Of a DNA stretch of 27,922 nucleotides, positions 16,957 to 24,407 are shown piece after piece. This DNA comes from a virus. Lineage: Duplodnaviria > Caudoviricetes. The notes beneath the pieces are model-generated. The model was given only the letters and a program-made list of their open reading frames with translations, was not told where the DNA came from and ran no database searches. Where the stretch lies: positions 1 to 27,922 of IMG/VR virus record IMGVR_UViG_3300012921_000075. The stretch is one strand, 5' to 3'. Every line of letters starts with the position of its first letter. Positions within the stretch are counted from its first letter, which is position 1. The position numbers were made by a program, and so were the translations under genes.

Positions 16957-18531
16957 TCACCAAATTTCCACGACTGATTGGCCCTGAGGGACAACAGCAC
17001 TTACGGTGTCCTTGTCCAACCAATAGGAAAGAGCAATTGCTGTAGCGTCTACGCTGTCGATTTTGTTTATGTCCTGAGACTTTTTGATGTCCAAGCGGTC
17101 ATATCGATCAAGCTTAGGAACACAATTGTCCAAGTGGTTCAGATAGATGGGATTATTGTTGTGCCTCAGTTTTCTTTCACGAAAAAGACCATCCATCATG
17201 GTGAAGCCCGGTCCCATTCCCCGCTGTGACTGCGTCACTTCCTTGCAGTTGATGCCGTATCCTTCAAGCAACTGACGACTTGGCTGGAAGTTCGTCGGGT
17301 CATACCTCAACTGAAGCACTTGAAACTTGAACGTCTCGGCCTTCAAACGTTCCACCAAGTACAAGTGATCGATGGTGTCTCCCGGCGTCAGGATCAGATT
17401 CGACTTTGGATCATTCGCCCACGCTCGATACGGAACGTGGTGTTTCTTCTCCCACTCTTCAGCCTTCTTCTCGGGAATGGCGAACTTGGGAATGACGTAA
17501 TAGAGGTCATTCACCTTGCAAACCGTGACATACGAATAGATGTCATAGGACTTCGCAGCATCGACCCCGATGACCACGGGCATCCCATAGAATCGGGACT
17601 CGTCAAATTCCTCGTGGCAAGCCTGAATGATGCCCGGCGCAAGCCAGTTCTCTGGTGCCCCTACGATCTGATTCAGGTGAAACGTTCGGAACTGAACCGA
17701 ATCAGTCGGACTGTCTTTGACTTTTGCGTACTCTTCCCGGTAGAACTCCTGCGGAACTAGTTCTGGGCAGGCTGGCAGATTAGGCCACCAGTTCGATTCG
17801 TCCTTCCAGTCTGCGAACTCTGGCACTCCATAGTGAATGGCGAACGTCGTGATGTCGTTCACCTCCGGTTCTTTGCCATCCAGCAAGTTCCGGCTTCTCA
17901 CCCAGCAGTCATAGGCCGGACAAGTGTGGTTGTAGTTGGCGTGGCTGATCGTCAGCACCAACGAGTTCGGCCGGGCCATGCCGGCGTGTTTCACCTTGGC
18001 CCACGTATTGGCGGCGTAGGCAGGGTGAAGTTCAAAAAATTCATCGATAATCAGTAGATCGCAATTGAAACCTGACTTAGCGTCACCCTTGCCGCTGATG
18101 ATTTTCAATTCGGATTTGGACACCCGGTCAACAATGGTGCCCTTGTCTTTGCGAAACCAAAGTCGCTTGTTCAGGGTCTCGTTGCCGGCTGCGAACCCTT
18201 CAATGGCGGACCAGATTTCATCCGTCTGTTCTTTAACGCCAGACAGAATGATGGTCTTGGTTTTCGTTTTGCCGGTGACTTTCCATGCTGCGATTAGTGC
18301 GAGCAAAAAACTTTTTCCAGACTTTTTCGGGCACCAAATGTGTCCGGTCCTGAACCGTAGCTTTTTGTCTCGTCTTCGCCATCCCCAAAGCGGTTTGATG
18401 ACTCCTTCGTACTGCCAATCCAGCAAATCAATTGAGCAATACTTCCGGGCAAAGAGTTTGATCTGCTTCGGTTCTGTCTCGTCTAGGTAGCAGCCTTGTT
18501 CAATCGCCTTGGCATCACTCGGAAGCTTCAT
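16957..18531 (-). CDS. terL: Terminase large subunit
   Basis: Walker A PKKSGKS, Walker B LLIIDE, nuclease motifs IGVD and KIDSVDA. Confidence 0.95.
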   Translation of the reverse strand: MKLPSDAKAIEQGCYLDETEPKQIKLFARKYCSIDLLDWQYEGVIKPLWGWRRRDKKLRFRTGHIWCPKKSGKSFLLALIAAWKVTGKTKTKTIILSGVKEQTDEIWSAIEGFAAGNETLNKRLWFRKDKGTIVDRVSKSELKIISGKGDAKSGFNCDLLIIDEFFELHPAYAANTWAKVKHAGMARPNSLVLTISHANYNHTCPAYDCWVRSRNLLDGKEPEVNDITTFAIHYGVPEFADWKDESNWWPNLPACPELVPQEFYREEYAKVKDSPTDSVQFRTFHLNQIVGAPENWLAPGIIQACHEEFDESRFYGMPVVIGVDAAKSYDIYSYVTVCKVNDLYYVIPKFAIPEKKAEEWEKKHHVPYRAWANDPKSNLILTPGDTIDHLYLVERLKAETFKFQVLQLRYDPTNFQPSRQLLEGYGINCKEVTQSQRGMGPGFTMMDGLFRERKLRHNNNPIYLNHLDNCVPKLDRYDRLDIKKSQDINKIDSVDATAIALSYWLDKDTVSAVVPQGQSVVEIW

Positions 18532-18865
18532 CAGCCTCCGGTTCGTCCGTCTCGTCTAATTCCAAGTCCAACTCTTCCTCGGCCTTGGTCGCTTGCCACA
18601 AACCAAGTCTGCGGCCAATGCGTTCGTACTGCTGGTGTGCCCTGGTAGCAATTCCTAGGGCATCGTGTGGCTTCCCGTTCAGGATGAATGACCGGGACTC
18701 TTTCACGTAGCCTTGGACCTCGTCATGGGCTGAACGGTAGGTCTCGTAAGCATCCGCCATCATGGCGAGTGAATCACGGTCCCGGATGCCGGGATTTGCC
18801 TTTAGAGTTCTGGTGAACCACTTCTTTCCGACGGGTCCAAGCCAGTGTGGTGCTGATGTTGCCAT
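18515..18865 (-). CDS. terS: Terminase small subunit (P27-like)
   Basis: APHWLGPVGKKWF, DRDSLAMMADAY and RRLGL motifs; overlaps the terL start. Confidence 0.8.
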   Translation of the reverse strand: MATSAPHWLGPVGKKWFTRTLKANPGIRDRDSLAMMADAYETYRSAHDEVQGYVKESRSFILNGKPHDALGIATRAHQQYERIGRRLGLWQATKAEEELDLELDETDEPEADEASE

Positions 18866-18893
18866 GTCCTATATAAGTCGGACCAAGTCATTT

Positions 18894-19094
18894 TCACTCG
18901 CCATCGTCCGGTTTCTTTTTCAAAACACATCCATGCCGTGCTAGGAACTGTTCTCTGGTCTCTCGACGATGTGGCTTCTTGAGGGCTTCCTCAAGCTGCT
19001 TGCGGTATTGCCTGCGGTATTGGTCGATTTCAGGCCAAATGGCCCGTAAAGCTTCTGCTAGGGCTTCTCTATCGTGTTCTGTGGGCTGTGTCAC
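18894..19094 (-). CDS. Hypothetical protein
   Basis: GGAGG SD before GTG 19094; co-oriented with neighbours. Confidence 0.5.
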   Translation of the reverse strand: MTQPTEHDREALAEALRAIWPEIDQYRRQYRKQLEEALKKPHRRETREQFLARHGCVLKKKPDDGE

Positions 19095-19153
19095 TGGCCT
19101 CCAATTCTGGGGTCATTTTTGGGCGGAAAAAATGTGCAAGTGGCCGACGCTCG

Positions 19154-19495
19154 TCAGTCTTGGGCGGTTGTATAAAAATCGGCGTTCTCCTTGCATTCAG
19201 GGCAGCACGGGACTATTCCACGCCTTACACAGCCACCGCCACCTTTCCCGTCACAGATCGTTTCGAAGCCATCCTCATTCGACACTCTGACTACCTCGTC
19301 ACTATCGGCCCTGAATATCTCTTCGCTGCCGTCGATGTAGGTGACTGTGACGGAATCAACCGCTGTATCTGGTGGCAATGGTATGCCGCCTACATCGTTT
19401 GTAATCAGCACCATTCGGCACGACTTGTGGAACAAGGCACCATCTACCACTTGCCAGATACCACGCACAATGAACAACACCATATCACTGAACAT
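19154..19495 (-). CDS. Hypothetical protein with a connector-like segment and Cys cluster
   Basis: AAGGAG SD before ATG 19495. Confidence 0.5.
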   Translation of the reverse strand: MFSDMVLFIVRGIWQVVDGALFHKSCRMVLITNDVGGIPLPPDTAVDSVTVTYIDGSEEIFRADSDEVVRVSNEDGFETICDGKGGGGCVRRGIVPCCPECKENADFYTTAQD

Positions 19496-19503
19496 ACTTC
19501 TCC

Positions 19504-19689
19504 TTAGTTAAACTGCTCCCTACGCATGACCACCAGCATGTCCGCCACCAGTGGTAGTGTCACTTCTTCCTCGTTGCCCATCTCTTCTACATAGGCAAGG
19601 ATTGTCCTTGCGAATCGGGCTGCTTGCATGGTGGTCAGGGTAGGGTCTGCCTCCATGACTAGGGCCTTGATACTTCTAAACGTGTTCAC
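19504..19689 (-). CDS. Hypothetical protein
   Basis: AAGGAG before GTG 19689, overlapping the upstream gene's end. Confidence 0.5.
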   Translation of the reverse strand: MNTFRSIKALVMEADPTLTTMQAARFARTILAYVEEMGNEEEVTLPLVADMLVVMRREQFN

Positions 19690-19924
19690 CTCGCTCCTTT
19701 GCTGCTTCCTGTGCTTCTTTGAGGGTTGCAAAGTAGAGGTTCGCTGCGAACTTGTTCAGTTCCTCCCATGAACAATACTTGAACTCCTTCCACGGTTTGA
19801 AGCTTTCAGTCCACCCGACATACACCGGTTCGTCCACCTCGAAGTGAAGTTCCACATTCTTTAGGTGTTTTGGAAGGCCAAGTCCATCGCTCAACAACTT
19901 GCCAAAATGATTGGCTACTACCAT
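19676..19924 (-). CDS. Hypothetical protein
   Basis: AGGAG SD and ATG directly after the HNH gene. Confidence 0.6.
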   Translation of the reverse strand: MVVANHFGKLLSDGLGLPKHLKNVELHFEVDEPVYVGWTESFKPWKEFKYCSWEELNKFAANLYFATLKEAQEAAKERGEHV

Positions 19925-19931
19925 GTTTCTC

Positions 19932-20189
19932 CTATTCCTTCGCTGATTTTGCGTTGTGGCACTGGATACACAGTGGCTGCCAGTTGGTCACCTCCCAGAA
20001 CAACTGGAGGTTCCCTTTGTGGGGCTGCTTGTGGTCAGTGACTGAGGCCACATTCCCACACAACCAGCACTCTGGATGGTTGTCTAGGAAGGCCCTAGAT
20101 GCTCGTCTCCACTCCCTGAGGGAATAGAGACGAGTGTGATCGAATGTGCCTTTGAACTTACTGGCCCGGTTCATGGGCCTCGATTTCAT
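19932..20189 (-). CDS. HNH endonuclease (HK97 gp74-like packaging cofactor)
   Basis: CWLC...DHKQPH...NWQPLCIQCHNAKS. Confidence 0.93.
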   Translation of the reverse strand: MKSRPMNRASKFKGTFDHTRLYSLREWRRASRAFLDNHPECWLCGNVASVTDHKQPHKGNLQLFWEVTNWQPLCIQCHNAKSAKE

Positions 20190-20481
20190 CCAGCAATCTG
20201 CGGATGTACTTGATTTGTTCTCGGCTGATGCCGGGCTTGCCGCTCACCACCGTGGCGTAGTGGGCTTCCTGTAGTGCCACAACTGCTACGCTTGGTCTAT
20301 GGTCGTCTTGGGAAACTTGGCCCAGACACTTGGCAACCTCAGACGCTGGAATGCGAAGATGACTTGTCGGACTTACGTTCAGTAGCTTCCCCTCCGCTAC
20401 CAGCTTTTTGACGTGCGAGGCGCTTACTTCCAACTGCTTGGCGGCTTGTGCCGTGGTTAACAGCACTTCATTTGTTCTCAT
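20158..20481 (-). CDS. Excisionase-like HTH protein (HTH_17 type)
   Basis: LLTTAQAAKQLEVSASHVKKLVAEGKL...LRIPASEV. Confidence 0.8.
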   Translation of the reverse strand: MRTNEVLLTTAQAAKQLEVSASHVKKLVAEGKLLNVSPTSHLRIPASEVAKCLGQVSQDDHRPSVAVVALQEAHYATVVSGKPGISREQIKYIRRLLDEIEAHEPGQ

Positions 20482-21230
20482 TCGCCTCCCAGTTCGTCGG
20501 AAGCCTGCGGTAGGTTCTCAACTGCTCCCAGCTTCAGAACTGCTTTTGCAAATTCGTCGCTGCTGCTCGTGGGAATCTTCGACACCTCGTCAACGATGTA
20601 TGCCTTCTCTTCCTCGTCTGCGAAGGTGAAGGTGAACTTCCGATAGCTGGGCCATTCGCTGCCGTCATAGATTTTGTTGTCCATGACCACATAAGTGACC
20701 GGCTGCGGCTTGGTCAGGAAGTCTTTGATCGACTGGGCCGCTTCGAACTCAGCTTCCTGAGTCGGGGCCTCTAGCACTTCCATCAGAAGTGATTTTGGAA
20801 TCGCTTTTTCTGTGGAGTATGCCTCCTGAAACCCTCGCTCGATTTCGTCCAGTCTGGCGATTTGTGCCGCTTCCAGCAGCTTCGTGGCTTCAGCATCGTC
20901 CACTGGAATCACTGGCTGTGTCTCGAAGGGTTCGCCTGCCGAGTTCGTTCGGACTTCGCCTACATCGAACTTGTTGAATACCGGTTCGGCACCTTCTGGC
21001 AGCTTGGCACCTTTGCCGTCCAGCAAGTTCCCTTGGCTGTCGATGTCCAGTAGTTCCACTACCTTGTTCTGTTCTTCTTCTGGCAGCGACTTGCACTGTT
21101 TGAGAAGGGCCGCTCGGTCTTGCCTGAGACCATGAATCATTCGATCAACTTCCCGCTGTCGCAGCCCGGCCCTAAGTGCCACGAAGCCAATAATCGCCAA
21201 GACCACCGAAATCACAATTCCACTTACCAT
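20478..21230 (-). CDS. N-terminally membrane-anchored protein carrying segments similar to the tail protein at 7638-8444
   Basis: AAGGAG SD; hydrophobic MVSGIVISVVLAIIGFVAL followed by basic residues; see findings. Confidence 0.75.
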   Translation of the reverse strand: MVSGIVISVVLAIIGFVALRAGLRQREVDRMIHGLRQDRAALLKQCKSLPEEEQNKVVELLDIDSQGNLLDGKGAKLPEGAEPVFNKFDVGEVRTNSAGEPFETQPVIPVDDAEATKLLEAAQIARLDEIERGFQEAYSTEKAIPKSLLMEVLEAPTQEAEFEAAQSIKDFLTKPQPVTYVVMDNKIYDGSEWPSYRKFTFTFADEEEKAYIVDEVSKIPTSSSDEFAKAVLKLGAVENLPQASDELGGE

Positions 21231-21248
21231 GTTTCTCCTTTTTGATTT

Positions 21249-21467
21249 TTACTCTGCTGGATAGTTTTCTGTGTCACCGTCTTCGAAGTCCCCCGGGACT
21301 CGTTTTGGTTGTCGCCGCTCCCATGCAAGGAAGATGTGGCGAATGAAGGCCGAAACATTCATTCCTTCCACTTCGGCGTGAGTGTTCAGCCGCTGAAGCA
21401 TGTCTGGAGGCATACAAATGCAAAATGGTTTGCTCAATCGATCATTCTCTGGTCTTGGTCTAGCCAT
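21249..21467 (-). CDS. Ribbon-helix-helix (CopG/Arc-like) DNA-binding protein
   Basis: MARPR...FCICMPPDMLQRLNTHAEVEGMNVSAFIR. Confidence 0.75.
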   Translation of the reverse strand: MARPRPENDRLSKPFCICMPPDMLQRLNTHAEVEGMNVSAFIRHIFLAWERRQPKRVPGDFEDGDTENYPAE

Positions 21468-21660
21468 TTTCTGCTCCCTCCACATCTTTCAAAATTGCTT
21501 CGATGATCTCCAAGCCCTCAGTCATCAGGGCGAGATACCGGCGAACCGTTGCCGGTGTATAGACGGTCAATCGACTGTAACCGTCAGATAGAAGGGCCTG
21601 ACTTCGCAACACCTCCCTGAGGGTGTCTTCTGCTCGCTCAGGCCGTTTTTGATACCTCAT
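21460..21660 (-). CDS. Hypothetical protein
   Basis: ATGA-coupled in the operon; GAGGG SD. Confidence 0.55.
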   Translation of the reverse strand: MRYQKRPERAEDTLREVLRSQALLSDGYSRLTVYTPATVRRYLALMTEGLEIIEAILKDVEGAENG

Positions 21661-21839
21661 TCACCCTCTTCTTCTGGTGCCACGATCCTGGTCACTTCTT
21701 GCTGATTGAATATGCCCAGTCGGCCAAACTCTAAGGCCGTCTGGCATAACCACAAATCGTGGTCAATCATCGCCAATTGGCGTCTGAGTGAAGCCAAGTC
21801 AGGATCAGTCTCGGCCTCGTGCGTCCAGTAGTTTTGCAT
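21657..21839 (-). CDS. Hypothetical protein
   Basis: Preceded by CTAGATA-GTTT-ATG. Confidence 0.6.
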   Translation of the reverse strand: MQNYWTHEAETDPDLASLRRQLAMIDHDLWLCQTALEFGRLGIFNQQEVTRIVAPEEEGE

Positions 21840-21907
21840 AAACTATCTAGTGTATGATAGTGCAATATAATGCAATAATTTCTGGATTCTGGAAGTTTTG
21901 TGTGGTG

Positions 21908-22111
21908 CTACTTCCTGACGCTTGCTCGGTGCCACTTTCCACAGACTTCGCAGTGATACGGACGCATGCCTTCGGCCTTGGCCACTTCTTCCGTGGCATA
22001 CTGCTTCTTGCTGTAGCACGATCTCCATTCCACGTAGCCCTTGTCCCTCATCATGGCTCGTGCTGCTTTGGGAAGCTTGCTGTAGTCGATGGGCTGATAC
22101 CGCTTCTTCAT
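21908..22111 (-). CDS. Small putative Zn-binding phage protein
   Basis: C..KKQY...A and RPYHCEVCGKWH pattern; ATGA overlap with the upstream ORF. Confidence 0.65.
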   Translation of the reverse strand: MKKRYQPIDYSKLPKAARAMMRDKGYVEWRSCYSKKQYATEEVAKAEGMRPYHCEVCGKWHRASVRK

Positions 22112-22254
22112 TTGGCATCGTCCGCTTCGAACCGGGCAATGGCTTCAGCGAAGCCCTTTGCAATTTCCTCGATTGCTGCCTGTGCCTTTTTCAGTCCCTC
22201 GACAAACTGCTTCGTGTCCAAAGTCAACTGTGTTTCAATCTCGCCTACTACCAT
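22108..22254 (-). CDS. 48-aa protein resembling a tape-measure N-terminus, not in the ORF track
   Basis: GGAGG SD; MVVGEIETQLTLDTKQFVEGLKKAQAAIEEIAKGFAEAIARFEADDAK; its stop overlaps the next ATG. Confidence 0.7.
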   Translation of the reverse strand: MVVGEIETQLTLDTKQFVEGLKKAQAAIEEIAKGFAEAIARFEADDAK

Positions 22255-22366
22255 GTGCCTCCATTGTTTGGGTCTTTTGCATTATTTAGAGTCGCAAACT
22301 CTATATAAATGGTCATGTGACGGTTCCTTTCTCCCGTCATGTGGTTGTTAGATGTTCCTTGAAAAT

Positions 22367-22411
22367 GCCCCGGTAGGTTTAGTGATTTTTTCCTACCGGG
22401 GTTCTTTTTTT
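22367..22411 (+). terminator. Intrinsic terminator with the T tract on the + strand, possibly bidirectional
   Basis: ccccggtagg / cctaccgggg stem followed by ttcttttttt. Confidence 0.7.
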
Positions 22412-22424
22412 GGACCAACACCTT

Positions 22425-23405
22425 CTAGGCCGCTCCTGGCCACACAACGTGCTGAAGCATTCTCAGTTGTGGTGACTCGATTCTGGGCACCGTATAGACA
22501 TGCTGCGGCACTTCCAGCGGCGTTGGAATCGCTCGTGGCCAAGTCACCGGCTGCTTCGGTCGTGGCTTCGCTGATGACTTCTTGGCGGCGTGGATGTCGG
22601 CCCAGCCCTCGGCCTCTAGCTCGGCTCGTGGCTTCGTAAAGAAGTTGCCCCATTCCAGCATGTGGCGGATGTAGTGGCCGGACTTAAACAGCAGTGGTGT
22701 CTTGTAGTTGATGTCTTTTGTGACGTAATGACACCACTTCTGCTCGTCTTGGATCGCTGCGAAGTGAGTGACTTCGGCGTCCTGGCGATTGGCTGCTTTA
22801 CAAAAATAGGTTTTTGCTGTGGCCTCGTCTAAGTCCGTGGAAATTGTGCAATGTAAATGGACCAAATTGTCTGGTGTAATTTCTCGGAATAAAACCGCTT
22901 CTAAGCGGAAGTCATGTAGTTTGCAGTAGCGTGCAATGCTTCGGCGTGCGGCCTCGTTCCATTTGGACTGTTGTTTCGGTGTTTTCCAGACCTTGAACTG
23001 GATGGTGCCTTCGAAGTTGTACCTTTTGTACTTGTTGTTGGCCAACAGCATCACGCATTGACGCTTGGCATGCTTACGGCGTGACTGGAGGGAATCGGTA
23101 GGTCCGGTGAATCCCTTTGGTGATGTTTCTCGTGGCTTCGATTGGTATAGGGTGAACTCTTGTGGAGGTCCGAAAAAGCCCTCTGAAGGTGCCTTTTTAC
23201 GGCGTGTCCTAGAAGAGTTACCGTGTTTTCGCCATATAGAAGGCGGGGGCTGTTCTGTCTTGCGCCCTAATTTGTGATTTTGTATACTCGGCTGCATCAA
23301 TTCTTTCACCAGCCGGGCCAAGGTTGCAATCTTTTGGTCCGGCTGTTTTTCTTCTCTTGTGATTTCTCCTCGTGGTGACTGGGCTGACCCTGACACAGCA
23401 GCCAA
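22425..23405 (-). CDS. HUH endonuclease, rolling-circle Rep-like protein (start uncertain; ATG 23297 possible)
   Basis: Ordered motifs GTIQF (I), REITPDNLVHLHC (II, HUH) and HYVTK (III, YxxK). Confidence 0.7.
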   Translation of the reverse strand: MAAVSGSAQSPRGEITREEKQPDQKIATLARLVKELMQPSIQNHKLGRKTEQPPPSIWRKHGNSSRTRRKKAPSEGFFGPPQEFTLYQSKPRETSPKGFTGPTDSLQSRRKHAKRQCVMLLANNKYKRYNFEGTIQFKVWKTPKQQSKWNEAARRSIARYCKLHDFRLEAVLFREITPDNLVHLHCTISTDLDEATAKTYFCKAANRQDAEVTHFAAIQDEQKWCHYVTKDINYKTPLLFKSGHYIRHMLEWGNFFTKPRAELEAEGWADIHAAKKSSAKPRPKQPVTWPRAIPTPLEVPQHVYTVPRIESPQLRMLQHVVWPGAA

Positions 23406-23484
23406 TCTGATGTATCTAGGAACTCATTGCTAGATTAAATAATACACTGTCATAGTTTTCTGGAATTATTCTCGTATAGAAACG

Positions 23485-23509
23485 AAAAAAGCCCGGATTA
23501 AACCGGGCT
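23485..23509 (-). terminator. Intrinsic terminator
   Basis: gcccgg-attaaa-ccgggc stem followed by ttttttcgttt on the minus strand. Confidence 0.8.
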
Positions 23510-23541
23510 GTGTAGTTCGGAAAAAGTTGTTTTCGGTGCCG

Positions 23542-23829
23542 TCACTTCTTCGCTGGCTTTTTCCCTCTGAAGGCACTCATCCCCTTATCCCGCTGCAATG
23601 CCTGTTTGATTTCCTTGGCGGTGTCGGCGGTCCACGAGATGTTTGTCAGGAAGTCGATGTCTCTGACGGTCGTTCCCTCGGGCAAGCTCTCTAGGAATTC
23701 GACACTGGCCTGGAAGTCACTGAGTTCGTATTCCAGAACGTGGTCAGCATCGCCTTGCTTCAGCTTCAGATAGAGGTAGTCGGCCAAGGGTCCGCATTCG
23801 TCGGGAAGTTCAAATTTGGGCTTTCGCAT
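23542..23829 (-). CDS. Hypothetical protein (95 aa)
   Basis: GGAG/AGGA before ATG 23829; followed by a terminator. Confidence 0.6.
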   Translation of the reverse strand: MRKPKFELPDECGPLADYLYLKLKQGDADHVLEYELSDFQASVEFLESLPEGTTVRDIDFLTNISWTADTAKEIKQALQRDKGMSAFRGKKPAKK

Positions 23830-23942
23830 TGTCCTGACTCCGGTGTTGTGATCGAAACACCGGCGTCTACGTACAACCTTACTTGCCCCCTCGTGAATGC
23901 CGAGAAAATGCGGGCGACTGAATTTGTTCACTACTCAGTACA

Positions 23943-24206
23943 CTAACCCCTGAGTAGGTCATCAAGCCATCGTTCGGCGTTGTCGTCCCATCGCTTTTTC
24001 ACATCCCGAACGTTCTTTGGGGAGACTTCGATCTCGTAAACGTCCCGGATGAACTCAGCAACTTGTGCCGGTCCCGGCTTCAAATCGGGTTGCTTCGCCA
24101 GATACGAAAGAGACCACCGGATGCAACTGGCAAGGCTTACGTATTCGCCTTTGGCTTTCATCGCCTTAGCGGCGGCTGGATCAATGAAGGCTCGGTCTCG
24201 TGGCAT
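23943..24206 (-). CDS. Putative HTH DNA-binding protein
   Basis: GPAQVAEFIRDVYEIEVSPKNVRDVKKR has an HTH-like pattern. Confidence 0.5.
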   Translation of the reverse strand: MPRDRAFIDPAAAKAMKAKGEYVSLASCIRWSLSYLAKQPDLKPGPAQVAEFIRDVYEIEVSPKNVRDVKKRWDDNAERWLDDLLRG

Positions 24207-24215
24207 CCCACCAGT

Positions 24216-24407
24216 TTAATCGAGGAAGTCTTCCTCGTCAGGCGTTTCAAAGAACTCGTGCATGGCCTCTTTGAAATCGGCCGGCAAGTTCAGCCGGTCC
24301 ATCGCTGCCAAAAAGCCGGCAATGTCCAGATCGTCAGAAGCCAGCTTGGCGATAAGTTTCTTCGCCTGCGGAAGGTCATAGTCCGTCGTGTTCATGGCTG
24401 CACCCAT
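24216..24407 (-). CDS. Small acidic hypothetical protein, first gene after the RNA element
   Basis: Two in-frame ATGs (24407 and 24395) flank the repeat GGGTGCAGCC. Confidence 0.55.
   Translation of the reverse strand: MGAAMNTTDYDLPQAKKLIAKLASDDLDIAGFLAAMDRLNLPADFKEAMHEFFETPDEEDFLD

Noticed and set aside
15375-17000. Portal start at 17000 as given in the ORF track
   Set aside because: It overlaps terL by 44 bp; ATG 16940 carries the nTAnATA-N4 motif.
19095-19200. Possible cos site between HNH and terS
   Set aside because: The position is plausible, but no cohesive-end sequence can be identified from the sequence alone.
19676-21839. Portal-like snippets LGLP (19676 ORF), AIPKSLL (20478 ORF) and GIFNQQEVTR (21657 ORF)
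   Set aside because: Too short to distinguish from chance without statistics.
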